Source: Alphaproteobacteria bacterium
Lineage (GTDB): Bacteria; Pseudomonadota; Alphaproteobacteria; JAAXGF01
DNA: 64,000 bases
Assembly (NCBI GenBank): GCA_963555825.3
Contig: CAUVXB020000002.1
Coordinates: forward strand, 576,001-640,000
Direction: 5' to 3'
Below, piece by piece: positions 21,901 to 32,300 of the stretch. The notes below the pieces were generated by a model, which made no database searches, was not told where the DNA came from, and saw nothing but the letters and a program-made list of their open reading frames with translations. Position 1 is the first letter of the stretch, and the number at the start of each line of letters is the position of its first letter. A program made the translations under genes and the position numbers.

Positions 21901-23213
21901 CAACCCCGCCACCTTTGCCCCGATGGCCTGGGCGGACAAGGAATGGCCCGTATCGGCGGCCATGCCTTCCGCCATATCCCTGACTTCCTGCTCCATCCGC
22001 AGGTTGTGACGGGTCGAATACAGCCTCGTGTGCGCCATATCGGCCCGACCCTCGGCCGAACGCGGCGGGCGGGTCAGGCGCACCACCTCGGGGCTTAGAA
22101 GCACGCGTTCGATACTTGTCGCCACCGCGTCCCGGTTCAACAAGCCGGCGGTGGCGTTGCCCACCCGCTCGACGATATCCGGCAGGCGGAATACCGCTTC
22201 CTCGCGTGTAAGACGGTACGGCAGGTCTTCCAGGACTTCTGTCAGCGCCCGGATCTGCTCTTGGGTAATCTCTTCCGACTTGCCCAATAGCGAGGCAATT
22301 AGTGCCTCGCGTTCGACATATCCCTCCGCCTCGCCGCGCCAGCGCTGATGCCGGATCTCCGGATCGTTGTCCGGCGACTTGCCAGCCCGTGTGATCTTGT
22401 TCGCTGCTGCTGCACGCGGTGCGTTGCCCTCGACCGTAAAGCCCATCTCCCGGGCCGCTTCGATAATCGCCGCCCGGCGCTTCGACCAGTGTCCGATCAG
22501 GTGCTCGGGCATGCCTGTGATACGCGTGAACTCTCCATCCTTGCCGTACTGTTCCATGCGGATGCCGAGACGATCTTGCAGGCTCCAGGCGAGTGTATTG
22601 CGGTAAACCGCCCCCGCCGCCTTCATCCAGGTGTAGACCGGGTGCTGATGCAGCGCCCGGTACTTGCCGTCCCGGTGTGTCCGGGCGGCATTGAAGATCA
22701 CGCAGTGGGTATGCAGCTGGGGGTCGTTATCCCGGCTGGTGCCGTGCTGGAACATCGCTGCCGCGATATCGGCCGGCAGCACCTCGATATCGCCGTCCCG
22801 GTTACGGATACGGGTGTAGGCGCAATGGCGCAGCACCGTCTCTTCCAGCGCTACGCGAGCCGCATCGTTATGCGCGTCTCGATCTTTGAACGTAGCTCGG
22901 GATCGGCGATGGCCCACAAGGCCGAGACGCTCTTGTCGGCGCTGAAGGTCAGGTCGAGACCGGCCGAACGGCGCTCGCTGCCGGCATTCCGCGTTAGCTT
23001 GCCTCCGCCGTTCGGGGCGAAGCCGTGATACAGCCGGTGGAAGTCGCTGCTGTCGACCTTGCCGCCGTCGACAAGACCGAACAGGCCGTTGGGGTTGAAC
23101 CACACTCCGTCCGGCTCTTCTCCCGCCGTGTAATACTCGTTGGGATGGCGGAAGGAGCGCTGGCTCTCCAGGTAGTACGCGGCAGACGCCGCCTGGGCGA
23201 GTGTCGCTACCAC
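18946..23213 (-). pseudogene. traA: MOB-F (TrwC/TraA-like) relaxase-helicase copy 1, 1-bp frameshift near 22877
   Basis: YY...YY N-terminus, DLTFSADKSVS, HGTSRDNDPQLHTH, GAAGSGKTT, VDEAGM; GAGACGCGCAT versus GAGCGGGCGCAT in copy 2. Confidence 0.9.
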
Positions 23214-23399
23214 GATGAGCTCCGCAAGGCAGGGGGAATGACCGCGGCGACGGAGCCAAGCGCCGCCTTCCGGCCCGGGGCCGGGACGGCGTCCATGACT
23301 ACTGGAGCGGAAATCCTCATAAGCGTCCGATCGTTACCCGGGTTTCCCAAGCAAATCGTCCCTCGTTGACCGATACTCGGCCACAGTCTCCCTGGGACA

Positions 23400-23430
23400 G
23401 CGCACTTCAGTGCAGAGGTGTGAGAAGTAA
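23400..23430 (+). other. oriT: Predicted MOB-F oriT/nic copy 1 (nick at about 23421/23422)
   Basis: Hairpin GCAC-TTCA-GTGC then AGAGGTGT^GAG; resembles R388 GCACC-GAAA-GGTGC and F-type GGTGT^GG. Confidence 0.65.
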
Positions 23431-23800
23431 CAAACGCCATTTCTCTCTCGTTCGCGACCGAGCATACGCATATCGTTCAAGGTTGCAAGGGATTTTTTGA
23501 CACGCCGCAGGGACGGCGCGCAGGTTTGGCAAACGCTGGATTTTCACGCTGTTGCATTCGGGGGAGGTTAGGCAAGCGCACGGACCATCATGGCTGGTGT
23601 TTCGGATTGCCAAGGTTCTCATTCCTCAGAACGGTGACCGGATAGCCGGCGAATGCATCTGGGCCTGATTACGAATCCTAATCGAGGGCGACGACAACGC
23701 TTCCCAGACCCTGGCGGCGGCGAGGCAAACCTCGAGGCGGTGGATGTGGCGCCGACGGTCGGCCGAATGTGTGACCGATAATGGCGGAGGGAGACGGAAT

Positions 23801-24103
23801 ATGACTGCGAAACGCTTCAACAAAGCGGATATCGACTTCGATGCCATAGATGGTGAATTGGCGAAACTTGTGCCGCCTAAGCTGAGCCTGACGGATGTGC
23901 TGGACCGTTTACGGAAGCGGCTGGTTGAGCAACAGTCCAAGGGGGTTACGGTGGCTCAGATGCATGAAGTGTTGAAATCGGGCGGCATCGATATCACGGA
24001 GCGCAGTCTGCGGACGTTTCTGACCAAGGGCGTATTGCCGGGAAGGAAGGTTGCCGAGGCCGCCAGGGCCATGGTGTCGGAAGAAGGCAAAGAGCCGTTC
24101 TGA
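23801..24103 (+). CDS. Small relaxosome-accessory (MobC-like) protein, divergent from the relaxase
   Basis: 100 aa, RBS GGAGG/GGAG, sits across oriT, paralogue at 28515-28816. Confidence 0.65.
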   Translation: MTAKRFNKADIDFDAIDGELAKLVPPKLSLTDVLDRLRKRLVEQQSKGVTVAQMHEVLKSGGIDITERSLRTFLTKGVLPGRKVAEAARAMVSEEGKEPF

Positions 24104-24572
24104 GCCGAATGACGGCGCATATGGGTTCGTCGTGGCGGTTTTCGGGATGCGAATAATGAAGTTGCAATGGGGGATGGCCGGGCCCCAGCGTGGCGCTTCA
24201 GCGCCCGCATACGGCGATGGCGCGAAGTGGCCGAGCCGATAGGCGGCGATGCATCATTCGAAGAACGAGGAGCCGACAGCGAGCGTAAGCTCGCACAATT
24301 GGCGGTGGCGCGAAGCGCCCCGCCATGGGCCGTGACTTTATGCACACGGCATAAAAAAGGGGCCGACCTCCGCTGTGTGATGGCGGGGGCCGACCCTGAA
24401 GGGTGTCGCTACGCGGCGGCGAGAATAATGCCGAGTAGTTGCTAATGCCGAGTGACGTGCGGGGAACGGCTTGTCCGCGCCGATTTCCCACCGATTCGCT
24501 CGGCATTAATTCTGGTAGTCAGTTTTCCGGCAAAGTCGTCCTCCCTTTCGATCAGATGGAGGACGACAACAA

Positions 24573-26144
24573 ATGTCTTCGACACCCAACCGCCGGCCCC
24601 TGCTGGGGACCACAGCACTGGCCGGCTTCGACGCAAGCATTTTCGCGTTCATTGACGATCTTCGTCGTCGCGGCGAGATTGCTGAAGGTCAGTTCCCCAA
24701 GTACCGGTATGCCGCCCGTCACTTCCTGATCTGGCTTGAGCTCACCGGTATCGCGCTCAAAACAGTCGACGCCACAGTCATCGACCGCTTTCTGCGGCAC
24801 GATTGCCGTTGTGCCGCATCGTCCGCACCTGTCCGGCCTCGCCGCTGGCGCAAGGGCCGCACGTCGCCCAAACTCATGACGTTCATCCGCTTCCTTGAGC
24901 GGACGGGGCGGATCGAGACGCCGGGTGAGCTGGACGACAATTTCCAGTTGCTGGACGCGTTCCTCGCGGGCTTGCGCCGCGGTAGATATGCGACCGCAAC
25001 CATCAAACTGTACCGTTACGGCTGCGCCGGTCTCATTGTCTGGCTCCACCTCTCACGGATCCGCCTGCGCGATCTGACACCGGATATTTATGCACGCTTC
25101 CGGAACAGGCAGTTCGTCTGCTCAATCCCCGGGATGTTCTGCGGCCACGAAACGCAGTCACCCGGAACCGCTTACCGAACCGAAGTCCGCGGCTTCCTGA
25201 AGCATCTCGTCGCAATCGGGCGGATTGAACCCCTGGAGCCGTTCCCGGGCGAGAAGGCGCCGTCCGCTCGCCTTGAGAGGTACGCCGTGTGGCTTGAACG
25301 CCATCGCGGCATCTGCCCGGGGACTATACGCCAGCATGTCCGTTTGATCGCAGAGATGCTGCCTCACCTTGGAGATGATCCCGGGGGTTATGGCGCGGCA
25401 CTGATCCGGCGAGTGCTGTTCGAGCATATGGAGCCCTGGTCGCGAAGCTACGCCCAGAGGCTGACAACCGTGATGCGCATGTACCTTCGGTTCCTGGTAT
25501 CGGAAGGCAGCATCGCGGCAGCGCTGGTCGGGGCCGTGCCGACGGTGCCTCAGTGGCGGTTGTCAACCTTGCCACGGTACATCCCGGCCGACGATGTCGC
25601 GCGCACCATCGCCTCCTGCGGTGATGACCCTATGGGCGTACGCGACCGGGCGATCCTGCTGCTTCTGGCACGACTTGCACTGCGGGCAGGGGACATCGTT
25701 GCCCTGCGCCTCGGCGATATCGACTGGGACAGGGCCGAGATCCGTGTCTCGGGAAAGTCACGACGGCAGACGGCTCTGCCGCTGCCCCAGGATGCCGGCG
25801 ACGCGCTCCATGCCTATATCGCGACGGTGCGGCCAAGGGTGGATGAGGAGAAGGTGTTCCTCTGCGTCAACGCACCCTGTCGACCGTTCACCGACTCAAG
25901 CACCGTCAGTGCTGTGGCGGAACGCGCACTCGACCGCGTCGGGGTCAAGACCTTCGCCGGTCGCGGTGCGCATGCGTTCCGCCACTCCCAGGCGACAGCG
26001 TTGCTCAGGTCGGGAGCAACGCTCGATGTCATCCAATCGCTGCTCCGGCACGCCTCCCCCGACACCACCATGATCTACGCCAAGACCGATGCGGTCATGT
26101 TGCAGGAGATCGCCCAGCCCTGGATCGGAGGGATCGAGGCATGA
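24573..26144 (+). CDS. ritA: Tyrosine recombinase RitA
   Basis: RDRAILLLLARLALR, HAFRH, LRH...Y catalytic set. Confidence 0.92.
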   Translation: MSSTPNRRPLLGTTALAGFDASIFAFIDDLRRRGEIAEGQFPKYRYAARHFLIWLELTGIALKTVDATVIDRFLRHDCRCAASSAPVRPRRWRKGRTSPKLMTFIRFLERTGRIETPGELDDNFQLLDAFLAGLRRGRYATATIKLYRYGCAGLIVWLHLSRIRLRDLTPDIYARFRNRQFVCSIPGMFCGHETQSPGTAYRTEVRGFLKHLVAIGRIEPLEPFPGEKAPSARLERYAVWLERHRGICPGTIRQHVRLIAEMLPHLGDDPGGYGAALIRRVLFEHMEPWSRSYAQRLTTVMRMYLRFLVSEGSIAAALVGAVPTVPQWRLSTLPRYIPADDVARTIASCGDDPMGVRDRAILLLLARLALRAGDIVALRLGDIDWDRAEIRVSGKSRRQTALPLPQDAGDALHAYIATVRPRVDEEKVFLCVNAPCRPFTDSSTVSAVAERALDRVGVKTFAGRGAHAFRHSQATALLRSGATLDVIQSLLRHASPDTTMIYAKTDAVMLQEIAQPWIGGIEA

Positions 26145-27079
26145 CGGAGAAAGCCACCATCACAGAGCATATCGAGCGCTTTGTCGCGATGAAGCAAAGG
26201 GTCGGTTACCGGTTCACGCGGAGCGGGACGACACTGCGGAGCTTTGCGCGGTTCGCCGAGGGCCGTGACGAAACATTCATCCGTTACGAGACAGCCCTCG
26301 AATGGGCATCGGCATCGGCGGCGGCGTCACGAAACGAGCGAGTGAGCAAGCTGCGAGCGGTCCATGCCATGGCCTGCTGGCTGCATGCCGAGGACCCACG
26401 TCACGAGGTGCCGCCCCGTGATGCTCTAGGTCATCTGTCCAAAAGGAGACCGCAGCCGTACCTGGTATCGGTCCCGGACATCCAGAAACTGCTGACAGCG
26501 GCACTGTCCATGCGGCCCGTCGGCACCATCGCCCCGCTGACCTGGCACCACCTGTTCGGTCTCATCGCCGCAACCGGCCTGCGCATCGGCGAAGCCCTCG
26601 CATTGACGCTGGACGACATCACGCCTGACGGCCTCGTCATCCGAGACACGAAGTTCGGCAAGACGAGGATGGTCGCGCTGCACCCGACCACCTGGGATGC
26701 GCTGAACCGCTATCTGGATGCACGACTCAAGGAGAAAACTCCAGACCGGCATCTGTTCGTGATCGCCACCGGCCGGTGCCCACATAGACAGTATGCGGAT
26801 CACGTCTTCCGCAAAATCGCGGAGCAAGCGGGAATCCGGGAACCCGACGCGGCACGAGGACCGACCCCGCACTCGCTACGGCATTCTTTCGCCGTCCGGT
26901 CACTTGAGAACCTGGCTCCCGGCGTCAACCCGGACCGTCACATATTGGCCCTCGCCACCTACCTCGGCCATGTCGGGGTCTCGAGCACCTATTGGTATCT
27001 GGAATCGACCCCGGTCCTGCTGCGCGGCATCGCCGAGGCCGCGCAGCAGGCTCACGCGAATGGAGGGTCCGATGACTGA
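26141..27079 (+). CDS. ritB: Tyrosine recombinase RitB
   Basis: TGLRIGE, TKFGK, HSLRH, YLGH....TYWY. Confidence 0.92.
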   Translation: MTEKATITEHIERFVAMKQRVGYRFTRSGTTLRSFARFAEGRDETFIRYETALEWASASAAASRNERVSKLRAVHAMACWLHAEDPRHEVPPRDALGHLSKRRPQPYLVSVPDIQKLLTAALSMRPVGTIAPLTWHHLFGLIAATGLRIGEALALTLDDITPDGLVIRDTKFGKTRMVALHPTTWDALNRYLDARLKEKTPDRHLFVIATGRCPHRQYADHVFRKIAEQAGIREPDAARGPTPHSLRHSFAVRSLENLAPGVNPDRHILALATYLGHVGVSSTYWYLESTPVLLRGIAEAAQQAHANGGSDD

Positions 27080-28064
27080 TCTTGCCCCCCATCTCACCGC
27101 CTTCCTGCAGGAGCACCTGCCCAACGAGCGGCGCTTCAGCCGACACACCGTGCAGAGCTATACCGAGTGCTTCCGGCTGCTCGTCCTCTACGCGGCGGAG
27201 CAAATCAAAGTCCGCCCCTGTGCTTTGAAAATCGAGCACTTCACGGTGGCGCTCCTGCTGGCCTTCCTCGAATCCCTGGAGAAGGTTCGCAACAACAGCA
27301 TCGGCACGCGCAATATCCGCCTCGCCGCCATCAAGTCCTTCTTCCGGTACGTGGAATACCGTGTCCCGAGCTGCCTCGACCACGCATTGCAGGTGCGCGC
27401 CATCCCGCAGAAGCGCGCCGACAAGCCCCTGATCGACTGGCTCGACCGGACCGAGATGCAGGCGATCCTGGATGCTCCGGATACCGCAACGGTGGCAGGC
27501 TTGCGCGACCGCGCGATGCTGCACCTGTGCTACGCCGCCGGGCTGCGGGTGTCGGAACTGACCGGACTCACCCTCGACAGCCTGTCGGGTTCCCAGCTTG
27601 AGACTATCCGCGTCCTGGGCAAGGGGCGGCGCGAGCGCGAACTGCCGCTGTGGAGGGAAACGAAAACCGTCCTCAATGAGTGGCTCGACGTCCGGCCGGC
27701 CGTCAACAACCGCTACCTGTTCCTCAACGCACGGGGGCGGGCAATGAGCACGGACGGCTTCGCATACATCCTCAAGCAGCATGTCGCCACGGCGGCCCAG
27801 AAGGTCCCGTCGATCGACACCAAGCGGGTGACCCCGCATGTGCTCCGTCACTCGACGGCAATGACGATCCTGCATGCCACCGACGATATACGGAAGGTCT
27901 CGTTGTGGCTCGGGCATGCGGACATCAAGATCACCGAAACGTATGTCCGCGCGAGCCCGGCCGAGAAACTGGCAATCCTTGAGATCAACACACCGCCTTC
28001 CATCCGGTCGGGGAACTTCCCGGGTCTGAAGGACAGCCTGATGAGGGTTCTCGGCGGGAACTGA
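27072..28064 (+). CDS. ritC: Tyrosine recombinase RitC
   Basis: MTDLAPHLTAF, GLRVSE, GKGRRER, HVLRH, WLGH.....ETY. Confidence 0.92.
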   Translation: MTDLAPHLTAFLQEHLPNERRFSRHTVQSYTECFRLLVLYAAEQIKVRPCALKIEHFTVALLLAFLESLEKVRNNSIGTRNIRLAAIKSFFRYVEYRVPSCLDHALQVRAIPQKRADKPLIDWLDRTEMQAILDAPDTATVAGLRDRAMLHLCYAAGLRVSELTGLTLDSLSGSQLETIRVLGKGRRERELPLWRETKTVLNEWLDVRPAVNNRYLFLNARGRAMSTDGFAYILKQHVATAAQKVPSIDTKRVTPHVLRHSTAMTILHATDDIRKVSLWLGHADIKITETYVRASPAEKLAILEINTPPSIRSGNFPGLKDSLMRVLGGN

Positions 28065-28514
28065 CTGCCAGAATTAATGCCGAGCGAATCGGCGGGAAAT
28101 CGGCGCGGACAAGCCGTTCCCCGCACGTCACTCGGCATTAGCAACTACTCGGCATTATGCTCGCCGCCGCGTAGCGACACCATTCAGGGTCGGCCCCCGC
28201 CATCACACGGCGGAGGTCGGCCCCCTTTTTATGCCGGGTGCATAAAGTCACGGCCCAAGGCGGGGCGCTTCGCGCCGCCGCCAACTGTGCGAGCTTACGC
28301 TCGCTGGCGGCTCGCCGTTCTTCGAACGATGCATCGCCGCCTCACGGCACGGCGCTTCGCGCCATTGCCGTACGCGGGCGCTGACGCGCCACGCCATATC
28401 CGAAAACCTCCCCCCGCAGATTCGGTGTTCATACCCCGAGAACCGCCACGACGGACCGCCGTTCATTGAACGCCGCTTCCTTGCTTTACGAACCCGCATG
28501 CGCCGTCGTTCGGC

Positions 28515-28816
28515 TCAGAACGGATCGCTGCCTTCTTCGGACACCATGGCCCTGGCAACCTCGGCAACCTTCCTTCCCGGCAATACGCCCTTGTCCAGAA
28601 ACGTCCGCAGACTGCGCTCCGTGATATCGATGCTTCCAGCGTTCAACACCTCTTGCATCTGAGCCACCGTCACTCCCTTGGCCTGTTGTTCGACCAATCG
28701 CTTCCGCAAACGGTCCAGCACATCCGTCAGGCTCAGCTTAGGCGGCACAAGTTTGCCAACACCCCGTCTATGGCACCGAAGTCGATATCCGCTTCGTTGA
28801 AGCGTTTCGCAGACAT
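28515..28816 (-). pseudogene. MobC-like accessory gene copy 2 with 1-bp deletion near 28755
   Basis: TTG GC- AAA CTT versus TTG GCG AAA CTT in copy 1. Confidence 0.7.
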
Positions 28817-29087
28817 ATTCCGTCTCTCTCGCCATTTCAGGATTCGTAATCAGGCCCAGATGCATTCGTCGGCTATCCGATCACCGTTCTGAGGAATAAG
28901 AGCCTTGGCAATCCGAAACACCGGCCATGATGGTCCGTGCGCTTGCCTAACCTCCCCCGAATGCAACAGCGCGAAAATCCTGTGTTTGCCAAACCTGCGC
29001 GCCGTCCCTGCGGCGTGTCAAAAAATCCCTTGCAACGTCGAACGATATGCGTATGCTCGGTCGCGAACGAGAGCGAAATGGCGTTTG

Positions 29088-29118
29088 TTACTTCTCACAC
29101 CTCTGCACCCTTAGGTGC
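29088..29118 (-). other. oriT: Predicted MOB-F oriT/nic copy 2 (nick at about 29097/29096)
   Basis: Minus strand GCACC-TAAG-GGTGC-AGAGGTGT^GAG; homology between the two arms breaks at this hairpin. Confidence 0.65.
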
Positions 29119-29303
29119 TTTGATCTCGATAAATGTAATGAACTTTGCCCTGATTTGTAAAGATCGCACGGCCATTTCGTTAAACCTCTGTAAAATACAG
29201 GAATTCCCAAGGCTGGAATCATGAGAGCTACGACAGTCATATTCCGGCTGTACTCCGGCCAGGTTGTATCCCTATCCGGCAACGTCGTTACCGGGCTGGC
29301 GTC

Positions 29304-32300
29304 ATGGTAGCCACTCTGGCCCAGGCCGCATCGGCTGCGTATTACCTGGAGAGCCAGCGCTCCTTTCGTCATCCCAATGAGTACTACACAGCGGGTGAAG
29401 AACCGGATGGCGTCTGGTTCAATCCGAAGGGCCTGTTCGGTCTTGCCGACGACGGCAAGGTCGACAGCAGCGACTTCCACCGGCTGTATAACGGCTTCGC
29501 ACCGAACACCGGAGGCAAGCTCACACAAAACGCGGGCAGCGAGCGGCGCTCGGCGGGTCTCGACATGACCTTCAGCGCGGACAAGAGCGTCTCGGCTTTA
29601 TGGGCGGTCGCCGATCCGGAACTGCGTTCGGAGATCGAGCGGGCGCATAACGATGCGGCTCGGGTAGCGCTGGAGGAGACGGTGCTACGTCATTGCGGGT
29701 ATACCCGCGTCCGTAACCGGGACGGCGGGATCGAGGTGCTTCCCGCCGATATATCCGCCGCGATGTTCCAACATGGAACCAGCCGGGACAACGACCCGCA
29801 ACTGCATACCCACTGCGTGATCTTTAATGCCGCCCGGACCCACCGGGACGGCAAGTACCGGGCGCTGCATCAACACCCGGTCTATACCTGGATGAAGGCG
29901 GCGGGAGCGGTCTACCGCAATGCGTTAGCCTGGAGCCTGCGAGACCGTCTCGGCGTCCGCATGGAACAGTATGGCAGGGATGGAGAGTTCACGCGTATCG
30001 CAGGCATGCCCGAGGACCTGATCGGTCACTGGTCGAAGCGCCGGGCGGCGATTATCGAAGCGGCCCGGGAGATGGGCTTTACGGTCGAGGGCAACGCGCC
30101 GCGGGCAGCGGCGGCGAACAAGATCACACGCGCAGGAAAATCGCCCGACAATGACCCGGAGATCCGGCACGGGCGCTGGCGCGGCGAAGCGGAAGGGTAT
30201 GTCGAACGCGAGGCACTGATCGCCTCGCTTCTTGGGAAGGCGGAAGAGATTACCCAAGAGCATATCCGGGCTCTAACAGAGGTGCTGGAAGACCTGCCGT
30301 ACCGTCTTACCCGCGAGGAAGCGGTATTCCGCCTGCCGGATATCGTGGAGCGCGTGGGCAATGCTACCGCAGGGCTGTTGAACCATGAGGCGGTCGCGAC
30401 AAGCATAGAGCGTGTTCTTCTGAGCCCTGAGGTCGTGCGCCTGACCCGCGCGCCACGGTCGGCCGAGGGCCGGGCCGACATGGCGCACACCAGGCTCTAT
30501 TCAACCCGTCACAACCTCCAAATGGAGCTTGAAGTCCGTGACATGGCGGCCGGAATGGCCGCAGATACGGGACATTCCTTGTCCGCCCAGGCAATCGAGA
30601 ACAAGGTGACGGGGCTTCTGGCGGCGGGTTATCCGTTGAGCGAAGAACAGATCCAGGCGATTCGGGCCGTCACGTCTTCGAGCGGGCGTGTAGCCATCAT
30701 CGAGGGAGCGGCGGGTTCGGGAAAGACCACAACGCTGCGGCCCATCGCCGATCTATACCGCGAACACGGACAGAGCATCATCGCCACGGCCGTGGCTTGG
30801 CGCACCGCCGTGGCGCTGGGTAACGATGTCGATGCGCGGCCGTTCTGCGTCGACAAGCTGCTGCGCCTTGCCGCGCGGGGCGGTATCGAGATCGATGGAG
30901 ACACCACCATCATCGTCGACGAGGCGGGGATGCTGTCGACCCGTCAGGCGCATCATATTCTCCAACTCTCAGAACGCCATGGGGCGAAGATCGTCTTCGC
31001 AGGCGACACGCAGCAGCAGCAACCGGTGGAAGCGGGACCGGGGTTGAGGTTGGTGCGCGACGCTGTGGGCAGCGTTAGGGTTGACAGAATCCGCCGCCAG
31101 AAGGCCGACCTGGAAGATATTCTGGTCCATGTCCATGGGGAGAATCCGGAGGCTGCGCGGCTCCGTACGGGGATGATGGGGGAGCAGGAACGCACCCGCA
31201 TTGTTGCTGAATACGAGGCGATGGAGGATAAGCCTGCATTCACACCGTGGCAGGTGGCGGCATCGGAAGCGCTGCGCGATGGCGACGCGGCATCGGCCAT
31301 AGCGGCTCACCACGCAAGGGGCCGGTTTCATATCGGGTACGACGAAGAAAAGACGCTGACCGGTCTGGTCGATGACTGGGACCGCTACCAGCGGGAACAT
31401 CCCGACAAATCCAGCGTGGTGCTGGCGCGCACACGAGCCGAAGTGCGGGCGCTGTCGTACCTGATGCGGGAGCGTCGTTTCGCCGCCCTGCCGGATGGGG
31501 AACGGCCCGATACGGACCGGGTGACGGTGATCGTAAGCCGGGGGACGGAAGACGAGCGAACAACCTCTCCACTGGAGATCGCGCGCGGCGACCGGTTGCG
31601 CATCGGCGCCACCCACTGGGAGAAGCAACTGTTCAACGGCACCGTGGTCACGGTTGACGACTTCAAGGTTGAGAGGGGCGAGGCCGGTACGGAGCCAAGT
31701 GTCCTGATATCGGCGCGCACCGAGGACGGACGAGAGGTCATTTTCCGTCACGATGAGATCCGCGACTGGTTCGGCAATATCCGCCTCGATCACGGCTATG
31801 CCCTCACTATTACCTCCGCCCAGGGGTTGACCGTGGACAGGACGTTCCTGCTGGCCGATGCACGGCCGGCACGTGAGACGATCTATCCCGCCGCGACACG
31901 CCATCGCGAGGGGCTCGACATCTACGTCAACCGGGCGCCGCTCGTTCTCGATATCGCCGACAGGCGAGCGGACAACGACCGGGAAATTGCGGTGACGGAC
32001 ACCGAGATCAGGGCGTATCTGGCCGAACGCTGGTCGCGCTCGCAGCCGAAGGAGGCGGCGCTCGACTACATGGCCAATGGTATATGGGAGGACCGCCGTG
32101 AGAATGTCCGGGAGGACAGAAGCCGATCCTCCGGCGAAACCCAGGGCGGGGCCGGTGATATCCGTGCCGCAGCCAACGACAACGCGCTGGCCCGCATCGC
32201 GCGGGATATCCGGCGTACCGCCTTCGGCTGGCGCCATGCCCAGGCGGTCTCCACCTTCGCCGCTGGCCGCGCGGAAATTCTGGCGGCATACGACGATCTG

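Larger units (their letters stand above)
24422..28160 (+). mobile_element. RIT element (recombinase in trio)
   Basis: Three overlapping tyrosine recombinases; terminal IR ATAATGCCGAGTAGTTGCTAATGCCGAG at both ends. Confidence 0.9.
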
